This document shows positions 20,139-29,994 of a stretch of 64,000 bases of DNA, piece after piece. The notes below the pieces were generated by a model, which had not been told where the DNA came from, searched no databases, and saw nothing but the letters and a program-made list of their open reading frames with translations. This DNA is from an uncultured Actinomycetes bacterium (GTDB lineage: Bacteria > Actinomycetota > Coriobacteriia > Anaerosomatales > CAVRZR01): the NCBI GenBank assembly GCA_963809535.1, contig CAWEJW010000003.1, positions 25,987-89,986 of the forward strand, read 5' to 3'. A program made the translations under genes and the position numbers. The number at the start of each line of letters is the position of its first letter. Positions within the stretch are counted from its first letter, which is position 1.

Positions 20139-20924
20139 ATGCGAGGCCGACATCTGGGCGTACGATCACGCCTGTTCTTCGTAGGAGTATTGGCTTTCGC
20201 CATTGCAGCAGGCGCAGCCAGCTGGGCGTTCGCCGCTGCCTCGGCAAGCCACCCCGACTACCAGGGGACATACGCGGGCATCGCGACGACCAACTCCGGC
20301 AAGAAGGTTCCGTTCACCCTGTTCCTGCGTCAGCGCGGGACCCAAATGCAGATCACGATCCGGGCAGAGGGTCACACCGTCAGCGTCACAGCCCCTGAGC
20401 AGTGGCCGTTGCCGAACACCGTCCAGGTCGATGTCACCCTGCCGAGGATCCTCAGGGCTATCGCGACCGGTTCGGGTACGGCGACGTTCGCCAATAACGG
20501 GAAGCTCTGGGAGGCCATCGGCGAGGGCACGGGAACCGTCCTGATCACCCACTCCGGGCACATCACCGGCGAAGCTCAAATGGTCACACGCGGGTTCGAC
20601 CAGACAAAGGCCGACGCGTGGTTCGCGGCCAACGCGGACAAACTCAAGCCGAACGCCACCACGGGGGCGTCGAGCAACCCGATCAAAGCGCCCGCCGTCG
20701 AGAAGGCGGTCAGGATCCTGGCGCCGACGGCGGCGCAGCCACCGGTGCCCGACGCGCAGAAGCTCGCGACCCTGGCGCTCATAGGGCTGTTCATCGCAGT
20801 CATCATCCTGAGCAGTGTGATCTTCGGCTGGAATCAACCTCCGACCCAGGAGCTCAAGAATCAGATCACGAAGTCTGTGGATGCCGTTGTCGGGTATTCG
20901 CCCTCGGAAGGTGGTGCATCGTGA
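20139..20924 (+). CDS. Hypothetical exported protein with C-terminal TM anchor
   Basis: Signal peptide, beta-rich domain, Pro/Ala linker, TM helix. Confidence 0.7.
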   Translation: MRGRHLGVRSRLFFVGVLAFAIAAGAASWAFAAASASHPDYQGTYAGIATTNSGKKVPFTLFLRQRGTQMQITIRAEGHTVSVTAPEQWPLPNTVQVDVTLPRILRAIATGSGTATFANNGKLWEAIGEGTGTVLITHSGHITGEAQMVTRGFDQTKADAWFAANADKLKPNATTGASSNPIKAPAVEKAVRILAPTAAQPPVPDAQKLATLALIGLFIAVIILSSVIFGWNQPPTQELKNQITKSVDAVVGYSPSEGGAS

Positions 20925-21394
20925 TGCCGTCCACGGTGACCTACCTGTTGTGGATCGAGGTGGCGCTCGTCGCCATCGTCGCCGTGCTCGCGCTCGTTTG
21001 GGCGCTACGCGGCGCCAAGTTGCGGCGGGTCAAACCGGGAAGCCAGATCATCGTCGGACTGCTGCCATTCGTGGCGGTTTGGGGCGTCCTCGCGGTGACC
21101 GGGCTGGCGCTGAATCCAATCTTCGCCGTCATAGCCGTAGTCGTCGGTGCTGGGATCGGGTTCCTGGTTGCTCGCCGCGCTCCATTGGTGCCGTACGCAG
21201 GCCGCACGGTGGTGAAGCCTTCGGCCGTCTCCGGATGGGTCTCGGCGGTAGCTTGGGTCCTCGTCGGAGCGTCGGTTGCGTTCCTAGGCCCGAACAGTGT
21301 CTCAGCCGCCTTGCTGATCGCGCTGCTCGGTGCGGCGATGTCGTTCGCCGAGACCATGACGCATGCAATCCGAGGTAGGGGCGTGACCGCGTAG
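20924..21394 (+). CDS. Hypothetical integral membrane protein
   Basis: About five hydrophobic helices; GTGATG coupling to the upstream gene. Confidence 0.7.
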   Translation: MPSTVTYLLWIEVALVAIVAVLALVWALRGAKLRRVKPGSQIIVGLLPFVAVWGVLAVTGLALNPIFAVIAVVVGAGIGFLVARRAPLVPYAGRTVVKPSAVSGWVSAVAWVLVGASVAFLGPNSVSAALLIALLGAAMSFAETMTHAIRGRGVTA

Positions 21395-21410
21395 ACGGCC
21401 CCCAGATCCC

Positions 21411-22721
21411 TCACAGCCGCTCGAACACCACGCCTACCCGTGCCAGGAACGCGCGCGGGTCGAAGGCTGCGTCGAGTTCCTCGGCTGGCACGCCGGCGGC
21501 TGTGAAGTCGGAGTCGGCCTCGAGCGCCTCCCGCAGCGTCGGCCCCGGACGCGCCTGCTGGATGTCGTCCCAGACCTGCGTGGACGCGCGCTGCACGATC
21601 GAGTAGGCGTCGTCCCGGAGCATGCCCGTGCCCACGAGCGCGAGCAGCACGCGCGAGGAGTAGATGAGCCCGCGCGTCTTCTCGAGGTTCGCTAGCATGT
21701 TCTTCGGATAGACGACGAGGCCGTCCAGGATCCAGGCGAGCTTGTCGAGGAGGTAGTCGGTGGCGATGAAGCTGTCGGCGAGCACGACGCGCTCCGCCGA
21801 CGAGTGGGAGATGTCGCGCTCGTGCCAGAGGGCCACGTTGTCGAAGCCCACCTGCGCATTGGCCTTCACGACGCGCGCGAGTCCGCAGACGCGCTCGGCG
21901 GCGATCGGGTTGCGCTTGTGCGGCATCGCTGACGAGCCCTTCTGACCCTTCGCGAACGGCTCCTCTGCCTCGAGCGTGTCGGTCTTCTGGAGCGCTCGGA
22001 TCTCGGTGGCGATCCATTCGGCGGTGGCGGCGACCGTCGCGAGCACCGCTAGGACATGTGCGTGCCGGTCGCGCGCGATGACCTGCTGTGACGCGGGATC
22101 CGGCTGAAGCCCCAACTTCTCGCATACGTACTGCTCGACGAAGGGGTCGACGTTGGAATACGAGCCCACCGCCCCGCTGATCGCGCCCCACGCACATGAG
22201 AACTCGCGCGTCGCCGTGAGGCGCCCTTCGGCTCGCGCGAACGCCTGCGCCCAGACCGCCCACTTCATGCCGAACGTCATCGGCTCGGCGTGGACGCCGT
22301 GCGTGCGGCCCACGCAGAGCGTGTCCTTGAATTCGAACGCGCGGCGTCTGCAAATCGCCACGAGTCGCCGCACTTCCCCGATGATGATGTCCTGCGCCTG
22401 CGTCATCTGGTAGCAGAGCGCCGTATCGCCCAGGTCGCTCGACGTCATGCCGAAGTGGACCCACTTGCTCGGCTCGCCGATGTGCTCGGCCATGTCCGTG
22501 AGGAATGCGATGACGTCGTGGTTGGTCTCGCGCTCGATCTCCTCGATGCGCGCGACGTCGAAAGCAGCTCGCTCGCGGATCTGGACAGCCGCGTCGCGTG
22601 GGATGACGCCGAGCTCGGCCTGCGCCTCGCACGCCAGGATCTCAATCTCCTTCCATATCTCGAACTTGTTCTGGAGCGACCAGATGCGGCCCATCTCGGG
22701 ACGCGTATAGCGGTCGATCAT
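21411..22721 (-). CDS. purB: Adenylosuccinate lyase
   Basis: MIDRYTRPEM, HDVIAF, GRTHGVHAEP, GSSAMPHKRNP, ERDISHSS. Confidence 0.97.
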   Translation of the reverse strand: MIDRYTRPEMGRIWSLQNKFEIWKEIEILACEAQAELGVIPRDAAVQIRERAAFDVARIEEIERETNHDVIAFLTDMAEHIGEPSKWVHFGMTSSDLGDTALCYQMTQAQDIIIGEVRRLVAICRRRAFEFKDTLCVGRTHGVHAEPMTFGMKWAVWAQAFARAEGRLTATREFSCAWGAISGAVGSYSNVDPFVEQYVCEKLGLQPDPASQQVIARDRHAHVLAVLATVAATAEWIATEIRALQKTDTLEAEEPFAKGQKGSSAMPHKRNPIAAERVCGLARVVKANAQVGFDNVALWHERDISHSSAERVVLADSFIATDYLLDKLAWILDGLVVYPKNMLANLEKTRGLIYSSRVLLALVGTGMLRDDAYSIVQRASTQVWDDIQQARPGPTLREALEADSDFTAAGVPAEELDAAFDPRAFLARVGVVFERL

Positions 22722-22871
22722 GAGGTCCCCCTGGCGCGACGGCGGGTCATGCGTGCGCCAACGCGCAGGCGCGAGGCGCACGGCCATTATCGCAGAGGCG
22801 CGGATGCCCGGAATCGACACCCCTCCCCTCGACGCCGCAAGGAGGAAGCAAAGCGCTGCCCGCGTGCGACA

Positions 22872-22958
22872 CTAGAGCGCGTCGATCGCCTGCATCTCCT
22901 CGGCGGTGAGCTCGAAGTCGAACACGTCCGCGTTCTCGCTCAACCATGCCTCGTGCAC
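22872..22958 (-). pseudogene. 3' remnant of an aldo/keto reductase, diverged copy of 23821-23913
   Basis: Translates VHEAWLSENADVFDFELTAEEMQAIDAL*; the intact gene ends VHEGRLHENASVYDFELSADEMQTIDALEG*. Confidence 0.8.
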
Positions 22959-23034
22959 ACCGCGGGGCTCGGGCTCGATGAGGCACGCCTGGCGGGAATA
23001 CACAACACACGAGGTGTCCTCGAGAGGAGCCGCC

Positions 23035-23802
23035 ATGCGCACACCGGTCAGCGTACTCGATGACGTTCACGGTCTGTATCCACGCCTCGCCGACGGCGAC
23101 ATGGGCGCAGTGGGTATCTTCGGCGACAAGGCCACGATCGACTCGCCGCTCGGCGGCAAGCAGCAGCCGGCCGAGTTCGTTTCGGAGACGCGCGCCTGGC
23201 TCGGGCGACATGCCGCGCACGCCGTCCAAGTCCACGACGTGATCACGCCCGGGCGGGTCATTCACGAACTCCTCGTCTACCTCACGATCGACGGCGAGGA
23301 GCGCGAGCTGCCGGTCATGCTCGTCGCCGACGTCGAGGACGACTCTATCCGCGACCTGCGTGTGTACCACAGCACATGGCCGCTCACCGGTTCACATATT
23401 GTGCGGCCACCGCTCATGCAGTACGACCTCGCCCAACGGCCCGCAGAGCCGGTCGGCACCTACCACGAGGCGCTCGGCAAGGGTGACGCTGACATGGCAG
23501 ACTCGGTGTTCGAGGCCGACGGATGCGTGCGCGAACCCGCTGGCGGGAAATGGGTGTACTGCGGGCCGGCGCGAACAGAGTGGTACCGCGGCATCCTGCG
23601 ACTGGGGCCGATCGGCCTGCACCTCGGCACGATCACCGACGACGGCGCGACGGTCGTGTACGAGTACATGGCCGACGTGTGGGGTGGGCCGATGACTCCC
23701 CAGGCTGGGGCAGCCGCCTACCAGCGCGGCGCCAGCGGCTTGCTCGTTGCCGCCAGGATCTACGACGATGTCCAGCCGCCGGCGGCGCTCGGCGACGTGT
23801 AG
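23035..23802 (+). CDS. Tandem SnoaL/NTF2-like protein
   Basis: AGGAG RBS; two NTF2-like repeats ending LRVYH and ARIYDD. Confidence 0.7.
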   Translation: MRTPVSVLDDVHGLYPRLADGDMGAVGIFGDKATIDSPLGGKQQPAEFVSETRAWLGRHAAHAVQVHDVITPGRVIHELLVYLTIDGEERELPVMLVADVEDDSIRDLRVYHSTWPLTGSHIVRPPLMQYDLAQRPAEPVGTYHEALGKGDADMADSVFEADGCVREPAGGKWVYCGPARTEWYRGILRLGPIGLHLGTITDDGATVVYEYMADVWGGPMTPQAGAAAYQRGASGLLVAARIYDDVQPPAALGDV

Positions 23803-23820
23803 CGTCGGAGGCCGCGGCGC

Positions 23821-24645
23821 CTATCCCTCGAGCGCGTCGATCGTCTGCATCTCATCGGCGCTGAGCTCGAAGTCGTAGACGCTCGCGTTCTCGTGCAACC
23901 GCCCCTCGTGCACGGTCTTGGGAATCGCCACGATGCCCTTCTGCAGAATCCACCGCAGCGAGACCTGCGCGGGCGATTTGGAGTGGCGTCGCCCGATCTC
24001 CGCAAGCACGCGTACGTCGCCTACGTAGCCGCGCATGACAGGCGCCCAGGCCTCGAGGGTGATCCCGCGCTCGCGGCAATAGGCCTGGATGTCGCGTCTT
24101 TGCACGGTCGGGTTCAGTTGCAGCTGGTTCACAGCCGGCGGCATCGTGGCCGTGGACAGGAGCTGCTCCAGGTCGGTCGTCTCGAAGTTGCTCACGCCGA
24201 TCGACCGGGCGAGTCCGGCTTGCCGCAACTCCTCCATTGCGCGCCACGTCTCATTGGTCAGACGCGCGTTCGGCCAGTGGATCAGATACAAGTCCACGTA
24301 GTCGAGGCCGAGTCGCCTCAGGCTACCCTGCAACCCACGGGGCGCCGAATGGTAGCCCTGGTCCGGCCCCTCTAGCTTCGTCGTGACGAAGATCTCATCG
24401 CGAGGCACGCGACCCTGGGCGATGGCCTCGCCGACGGCCTCCTCGTTGAAGTAGTTCGCCGACGTGTCGATGAGGCGATAGCCGAGCTCGAACGCAGCGA
24501 GGATCGTCCGGGTGAGTTCTCGCCCATGCGCTCGAGACGTGCCCAAGCCAAGGCGCGGCATCATCACGCCAGGGGCGAGCTCGATTCTGTCGGCGATCGA
24601 GTGCAGCCGGATGTCGCCCGTCGCGGCGACGGACTCATCCATCAC
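23821..24645 (-). CDS. Aldo/keto reductase
   Basis: GLGT, IDTSANY, FVTTK, DLYLIHWP, IGVSNF, IPKT. Confidence 0.95.
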   Translation of the reverse strand: MMDESVAATGDIRLHSIADRIELAPGVMMPRLGLGTSRAHGRELTRTILAAFELGYRLIDTSANYFNEEAVGEAIAQGRVPRDEIFVTTKLEGPDQGYHSAPRGLQGSLRRLGLDYVDLYLIHWPNARLTNETWRAMEELRQAGLARSIGVSNFETTDLEQLLSTATMPPAVNQLQLNPTVQRRDIQAYCRERGITLEAWAPVMRGYVGDVRVLAEIGRRHSKSPAQVSLRWILQKGIVAIPKTVHEGRLHENASVYDFELSADEMQTIDALEG

Positions 24646-24647
24646 GA

Positions 24648-24881
24648 TCAGCAGCTGTCGGCCTGCCGAAGCACCCAGCCTTCGTCATCGTCGATGCGTC
24701 CGGACGTGTCTTCGGGCGAGTCGGTCGGGACATCCCGATCGTCCATCGCGTCCCCCACTTGCTCGGCGCGGATCGAGTCCGCGACGGCATCCAGGTTCTG
24801 CGCCACGTAGTCGGCGACCTTGCTCGCGGTCGCCTCATCCACGCCGAGTTGTTCGGAGAGTTGCTTCGCTAGTTCGCGCAT
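24648..24881 (-). CDS. Small acidic protein, paralog of 25016-25219
   Basis: MRELAKQLSEQLGVDEATASKV; GGAAGGGG RBS. Confidence 0.7.
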   Translation of the reverse strand: MRELAKQLSEQLGVDEATASKVADYVAQNLDAVADSIRAEQVGDAMDDRDVPTDSPEDTSGRIDDDEGWVLRQADSC

Positions 24882-25015
24882 CGCAGCCCCTTCCTGAAGT
24901 GGCGGTGTCTGCCACTCTATCTGCCCACTTGGGAGTCGAACGGCACAACGGCCTTCAGAGAGCGAGAGCGCTCAGCGGGGAAAACCCGCGGACGGCTACC
25001 GATGGGCGTACGGTT

Positions 25016-25219
25016 TCAGTCCTTCTTGAAGAGCCCGCCGAGTTTGTCCTTCACGTCTTCGAACGCGTCACCGACCGTATCCTTGGCCGTATCGAACTTC
25101 TCGTGCCCGAGCCATTTCGCGATGTCGTCCCAGTTCTTGGTGACCCAATCCACGACCTTGGTCGCCGTGGCTTCATCGATACCCACGCCTGCCGAAAGCT
25201 GCTTCACGAACTCGTCCAT
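25016..25219 (-). CDS. Small acidic protein
   Basis: MDEFVKQLSAGVGIDEATATKV...KDKLGGLFKKD; AAAGGA RBS. Confidence 0.75.
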   Translation of the reverse strand: MDEFVKQLSAGVGIDEATATKVVDWVTKNWDDIAKWLGHEKFDTAKDTVGDAFEDVKDKLGGLFKKD

Positions 25220-25431
25220 GGTGCGTCCTTTCTGGAGTCGGGCGACGTCTGAGAGTCCGCTCGTTCTGGCTTCCCAATCGCTCCCCCGCTGCCGAATCCC
25301 GGCCACATATCCATCTACCCGACCTGGTGGTGTTGTTCACTGCCGCTGGTAGCGGGAAGGAACCTTCTCGGAAGCGTTTCACGCGCGATATCGATCGAAG
25401 GATGGCGTTGCTGTAGATCTAGTGGGAGCTG

Positions 25432-25863
25432 GTGACGGTGTCCGGAATCTTGCGTGTTGCGCTGATCGTCCTCGTGGTTGCGGGGGTCGCTGCGCTCGCC
25501 GCCTTCTTTCTGCTGGGAGGAAACTCGGCCCTCGACGGAACGAATTGGCGGCTCGAGGCGTGGTCGGTGAGCGCGACCGATCCCACAGCTTTCACGATCA
25601 CCGCGACGTTCGCTGACGGCCAAATCTCAGGCACGTCGGCGGTCAACAGCTACGGCGGACCGTACAAGGCGAGTCGCACCGGCATCTTCTCGTCGGGACC
25701 GATGAACTCTACGGCAATGGCCGGCCCGCCAGATGCGATGCGTGCGGAGCAGACGTTCTTCGCCCTGCTCGACCAGGTGAAACGCTACTCTCGCCTGGAG
25801 GATGAGCTCACACTTATGGACGCCAATCGCAACCCGCTGCTCATCTTCAGGAAGACCCAATGA
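25432..25863 (+). CDS. META domain (HslJ-like) membrane-anchored protein
   Basis: N-terminal TM; LDGTNWRL, ISG...VNSYGG.Y, STAMA, L.L..LLIF. Confidence 0.85.
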   Translation: MTVSGILRVALIVLVVAGVAALAAFFLLGGNSALDGTNWRLEAWSVSATDPTAFTITATFADGQISGTSAVNSYGGPYKASRTGIFSSGPMNSTAMAGPPDAMRAEQTFFALLDQVKRYSRLEDELTLMDANRNPLLIFRKTQ

Positions 25864-26189
25864 GCGCCCCTCGGCAACTCGCGCCGCGGCAGGCCGCTGT
25901 CGACGAAGTCGTCGCCGGATGGCCAGCCGTCAAGGTGAAGCAGGTCTTCGGGCATCGTGGCTATGTGCGCGGCGGCAAGATGTTCGCCTTCCTGGTTGAG
26001 GAGGGCGTCTCGGCGAGGACCTTCTCCGCCGAGGAGTCCGCCTCACTGTACGCCCGCAGTGGTGTCGTGCCGTTCGTCTACCGGCCGGGGATGGAGATGG
26101 CAGCCTGGCCGGTGCTGCCGCTGCGCAGCGATGCCGAACTCGACGATGCCCTGTCGGCCGTGCGCCGCGCGTACGAAGCGGCGGGCTAG
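25860..26189 (+). CDS. TfoX N-terminal-like protein
   Basis: VFGHRGY..GGKMFAF, PF.Y, W..L; ATGA overlap. Confidence 0.65.
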   Translation: MSAPRQLAPRQAAVDEVVAGWPAVKVKQVFGHRGYVRGGKMFAFLVEEGVSARTFSAEESASLYARSGVVPFVYRPGMEMAAWPVLPLRSDAELDDALSAVRRAYEAAG

Positions 26190-26291
26190 AGGAGCGGCGA
26201 GAGATGGAACCAACGTGGACGGCTGCAAGCTTCGCTCCCTGGTGCCACACGTCAAGCACGGGCGGTCACACGCGGGTTGCAGCGGTGCCCG

Positions 26292-26825
26292 CTAGGTAAC
26301 CTCGTCAGCAAGCAGATCCATGAGAAGGGCATCGCGCCACTTCCCGTCTGCGCCCAGCTCGTATTGCCGCATCACGCCGATCGGCTTGAATCCAACCTTC
26401 TTGTAGGCCACGATCGCCCGCGCATTCGCGGCGGCGGGGTCGATCGTTATGCGGTGGTGTCCCCGCACGTCGAAGAGATGGCGGGCGAGTGTCCTCAAGG
26501 CGTCCGTCCCGTATCCCTGCCCGAGGTGAGACGCGTCTAGCGTGAGGTCGATCGAAGCGTACTTGTAGTAGGGATCGGGCTCCTCCGTGTACATGATGAG
26601 CCCAATCAGTACGTCGTTGAGCTCGATGGCGAAGGGCGTGACGTTCTCATCGCCGAATAGCTCCCCGAGCAATCGAGCCTCGTCATAGCCCCACCACCAC
26701 TCGCTAACGCCGGGCTCGCCGACGATCTCTACGAGGCGAGGTCCATCTTCCGCAACGAGCGGACGAAGCGTGACGCGCTCCCCTCGCAGTCTGGCGAGGG
26801 GAGCCGAGTCGGGTTGCGGGGTCAC
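26292..26825 (-). CDS. GNAT N-acetyltransferase (RimJ/RimL or AAC(6')-like)
   Basis: VTLRP, GQGYGT, IDP..NARAI..YKKVGF. Confidence 0.85.
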   Translation of the reverse strand: MTPQPDSAPLARLRGERVTLRPLVAEDGPRLVEIVGEPGVSEWWWGYDEARLLGELFGDENVTPFAIELNDVLIGLIMYTEEPDPYYKYASIDLTLDASHLGQGYGTDALRTLARHLFDVRGHHRITIDPAAANARAIVAYKKVGFKPIGVMRQYELGADGKWRDALLMDLLADEVT

Positions 26826-26836
26826 GGCCGCGCTCG

Positions 26837-28360
26837 CTACTTGACCTTCATGAACGTGCCGAGGATCCCGCGTGCGAGCTGTCGGCCCATCTGGCTGCCC
26901 ACGGCCCGTACCACGCTCTTGCTCATCGCCTCGAACATGCCCTCGCGCGTGCGGCCAGACGTCGCTGGTTTGGCGCCACCGGTCGAGGACGGCCGCGGAG
27001 TCGGCACCGTCTGCGCCTCAGCCGCTGCGGCGGCCGTTGCAGCTGCGGCCGCCTCTGCTGCCGCGGCGATTGCCGCTTCCGCCCGGGCCTTCAGGACCTC
27101 CTCGGCGGATTCGCGGTCGATGACCTGCTCGTAGTGCCCGGCTACGAGCGAGCCCGCGATGATCTGCTGCCGTTGCTCGGTTGTGATCGCGCCGATGTGG
27201 CCGTGCGGCGGCACCACGAACGCGCGTTGCACCATAGACGGGCTGCCGTCGGCCTCCAACAGCGACATGAGCGCCTCGCCGACCGCCAGGTCGGTCACGG
27301 CTGACTCCACGTCGACCTCCGGATTGGGTCGAAACGTCTCGGCCATGGCCTTTACGGCCTTCTGCTCCCGGGGCGTGAACGCGCGCAGCGCATGCTGCAC
27401 CTTGTTGCCGAGTTGCGCGAGCACCGTGTCCGGAATGTCGATCGGGTTCTGAGTCACGAAGTACACGCCCACACCCTTGCTCCTGATGAGCCGAACCACT
27501 TGCTCGATCTTGGTGAGCAGCGCCTGCGGTGTGTCGGTGAAGAGCAGGTGTGCCTCGTCAAAGAAGAAGACGAGCTTCGGTTTGGGCAGGTCGCCGACCT
27601 CGGGCAACCGCTCGAAGAGCTCGGAGAGGAGCCACAGCAACAGTGTCGAGTAGACCTGTGGCGACGTCATGAGCTTGTCGGCTGCGAGTATGTTCACGTA
27701 GCCGCGCCCGTTCGTGTCCGTCTGCATGAAGTCGAACAGGTCGAGAGCCGGTTCTCCGAAGAGCCGCGCGCCACCCTGCTCCTCGAGAGTCAACAACCCG
27801 CGCTGGATTGCTCCAACGGAGGCTGCCGACACGTTCCCGTACGTGGTTCCGATGTCGCTCGCGTTGTCGGCGACGTACTTGAGGATTGCGCGCAGGTCGT
27901 CCAGGTCGAGAAGGAGCAGGCCGTTGTCGTCGGCCACGCGGAAGGCGACGGTGAGCACCGCTTCCTGGATATCGTTCAGGCTCAGCATGCGCGCCAGCAG
28001 CAACGGGCCGATCTCGGACGCGGTTGTGCGAACGGGATGGCCCTGCTCGCCGAAGACGTCCCAGAACATCACGGGTGAGCCGGAGAACTCCCACGGCGCA
28101 AGACCGAGGGAGGCGATGCGCTCGTCTACTTTGGCGTTGCCACCACCCGGCTGCGAGATGCCGGACAGGTCGCCCTTGATGTCAGCGGCAAAGACGGGCA
28201 CGCCGATGCGGGAGAAGGACTCTGCCAGGACCTGCAGCGACACGGTCTTGCCCGTGCCAGTCGCTCCGGCTACCAGCCCATGACGGTTGGCCATGTTCGG
28301 CAGCACGTACATGTCGGCGGTGCCCTTGGCGATGAGCAGACCCTCGGCGGCGTCCGGCAT
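26837..28360 (-). CDS. HerA-like ATPase (DUF853/YjgR family)
   Basis: [48 protein letters not shown]. Confidence 0.93.
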   Translation of the reverse strand: MPDAAEGLLIAKGTADMYVLPNMANRHGLVAGATGTGKTVSLQVLAESFSRIGVPVFAADIKGDLSGISQPGGGNAKVDERIASLGLAPWEFSGSPVMFWDVFGEQGHPVRTTASEIGPLLLARMLSLNDIQEAVLTVAFRVADDNGLLLLDLDDLRAILKYVADNASDIGTTYGNVSAASVGAIQRGLLTLEEQGGARLFGEPALDLFDFMQTDTNGRGYVNILAADKLMTSPQVYSTLLLWLLSELFERLPEVGDLPKPKLVFFFDEAHLLFTDTPQALLTKIEQVVRLIRSKGVGVYFVTQNPIDIPDTVLAQLGNKVQHALRAFTPREQKAVKAMAETFRPNPEVDVESAVTDLAVGEALMSLLEADGSPSMVQRAFVVPPHGHIGAITTEQRQQIIAGSLVAGHYEQVIDRESAEEVLKARAEAAIAAAAEAAAAATAAAAAEAQTVPTPRPSSTGGAKPATSGRTREGMFEAMSKSVVRAVGSQMGRQLARGILGTFMKVK

Positions 28361-28415
28361 GTCGCCCCCCTTTCAGTCGCGTGTCAGCCGCACGGAGCGG
28401 CCTGGATGGGTACCG

Positions 28416-28874
28416 CTAGGAGGCGGCGGGGGTAGCCTTCGTGAGTTCACTCGTGCAATCAGGGCATCGAGTGGCGGCCTCGGGAATCGGCATCTTGCAG
28501 TACGGACAGTCCTTCATCGCCAGCGGCGCTTCGGGCCTTCGAATCCTGTTGATGCCCTTTACCATCAGGAAGATCACGAACGCAATAATGACGAAGCTGA
28601 CGATCGCGTTCACCAGTACGCCGTAGGTCAACACGCTTGCACCTGCGTCCGTCGCTGCCTTGAGCGTCTCGTACGGTGCAGGTGGGGTGCCCTCCTTCAG
28701 CACGATGAACATGTTCGAGAAGTCGATACCCCCGAGGAGCAACCCCACGAGAGGCATGATGATCCCGTTGACGAGCGAGGTCACGATGGCGCCGAACGCG
28801 GCACCGATGACCACACCGATCGCCAGGTCTATCGCGCTGCCCTTGGCGATGAACTCCTTGAAGTCCTGGAGCAT
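28416..28874 (-). CDS. mscL: Large-conductance mechanosensitive channel with C-terminal Zn ribbon
   Basis: FKEFIAKG..IDLAIGVVIGAAF; CPYC...CPDC tail. Confidence 0.95.
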   Translation of the reverse strand: MLQDFKEFIAKGSAIDLAIGVVIGAAFGAIVTSLVNGIIMPLVGLLLGGIDFSNMFIVLKEGTPPAPYETLKAATDAGASVLTYGVLVNAIVSFVIIAFVIFLMVKGINRIRRPEAPLAMKDCPYCKMPIPEAATRCPDCTSELTKATPAAS

Positions 28875-29191
28875 GGCTCTCCCTTTCCACTCGCTCGGAT
28901 CCCCCGGGGCTTCCCCGGCCGAAACTCGCGGCCCTCACCTAGTGGATACCCCAATGCGGTCGACGTGGCGAGCGGGGGGCGCACGTCCCGACCACGCCGC
29001 GCCCGCAGGAAGGCACCCTCGCGCCCCTGGGGCCGCGTCCCTCAGCAGACTGGCGTCCTTCGCAGCGTCATCCGAGTAGAAGTGCAGCGCATCCACCGCT
29101 GACGCGAGCGCGAGGTGACTATCAACTCCACTCACCGGGCAAGAACACAAGTGACAGTCTCGTCCGCTCAGAGAAGAAGGGGTTGACACGC

Positions 29192-29989
29192 ATGTCACAC
29201 TGGGGTCCGTTTTCGCTGCATGACAAGAGCGCCGTCGTAACCGGTGGTGCAATGGGGATCGGTCTCGGCATCGTGAAGCGGCTGTCCGAGGCAGGAGCCA
29301 ACGTGCTCATCGCAGATCTCGATTTCGATTGCGCAATGACCGAGGCCAAGGCTCTCGAAGCTGGCGGCGCCAAGGCCGCGTGCCTGAAGCTCGACGTCAC
29401 CGCGTCAGATGCGGGAGACCAGATCGTCGCCGCGATGATGGAGAACTTCGGGGGGGTCGACATTCTCTGCAACAACGCCGGGATCTACCCCCAGGTCCCG
29501 ATGCTCAACATGGAGCCGGCGGTGTTCGACAAGGTCTACCAGATCAACCTGAAGGCGCTGGCGTTCATCTCCAAGGCGGTCGGCAACAAGATGGTGGAGC
29601 AGGGCCGCGGCGGCAAGATCATCAACACCGCGTCGATCGACGGGATCCACCCGTCCATGGTCGGTCTAGCCGCGTATGACGCCTCCAAGGGCGGCGTAGT
29701 CATGTTCACCAAGAACTTCGCACTCGAGATGGGCAAGTACGGCGTGACCGTGAACGCGATCGCGCCGGGCGGCATCAACACTCCTGGCACCGCGGCCCCG
29801 CTCGCGGGCAGCGGCATGACACAAGAGCAGATGGACGCGATGATGGACGCATTCAAGGCGAGGATCCCGATGGGTCGAATGGGCGAGCCAGATGACATCG
29901 GCAAGGTTGCGGCGTTCCTCGCGTCGTCTGCGGCGGATTACATGACCGGCGAGATCGTGGTGGTGGACGGCGGCATGCTTCTGAGCTGA
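29192..29989 (+). CDS. SDR family oxidoreductase
   Basis: TGGAMGIG, NNAG, YDASK, NAIAPG, DGG. Confidence 0.93.
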   Translation: MSHWGPFSLHDKSAVVTGGAMGIGLGIVKRLSEAGANVLIADLDFDCAMTEAKALEAGGAKAACLKLDVTASDAGDQIVAAMMENFGGVDILCNNAGIYPQVPMLNMEPAVFDKVYQINLKALAFISKAVGNKMVEQGRGGKIINTASIDGIHPSMVGLAAYDASKGGVVMFTKNFALEMGKYGVTVNAIAPGGINTPGTAAPLAGSGMTQEQMDAMMDAFKARIPMGRMGEPDDIGKVAAFLASSAADYMTGEIVVVDGGMLLS

Positions 29990-29994
29990 CGCCC

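Noticed and set aside
26292-26825. Aminoglycoside resistance gene
   Set aside because: GNAT fold only; the substrate cannot be inferred and there is no mobile context.
26837-28360. HerA-based anti-phage system
   Set aside because: It is the housekeeping-like DUF853/YjgR type with no adjacent nuclease or Sir2 partner.
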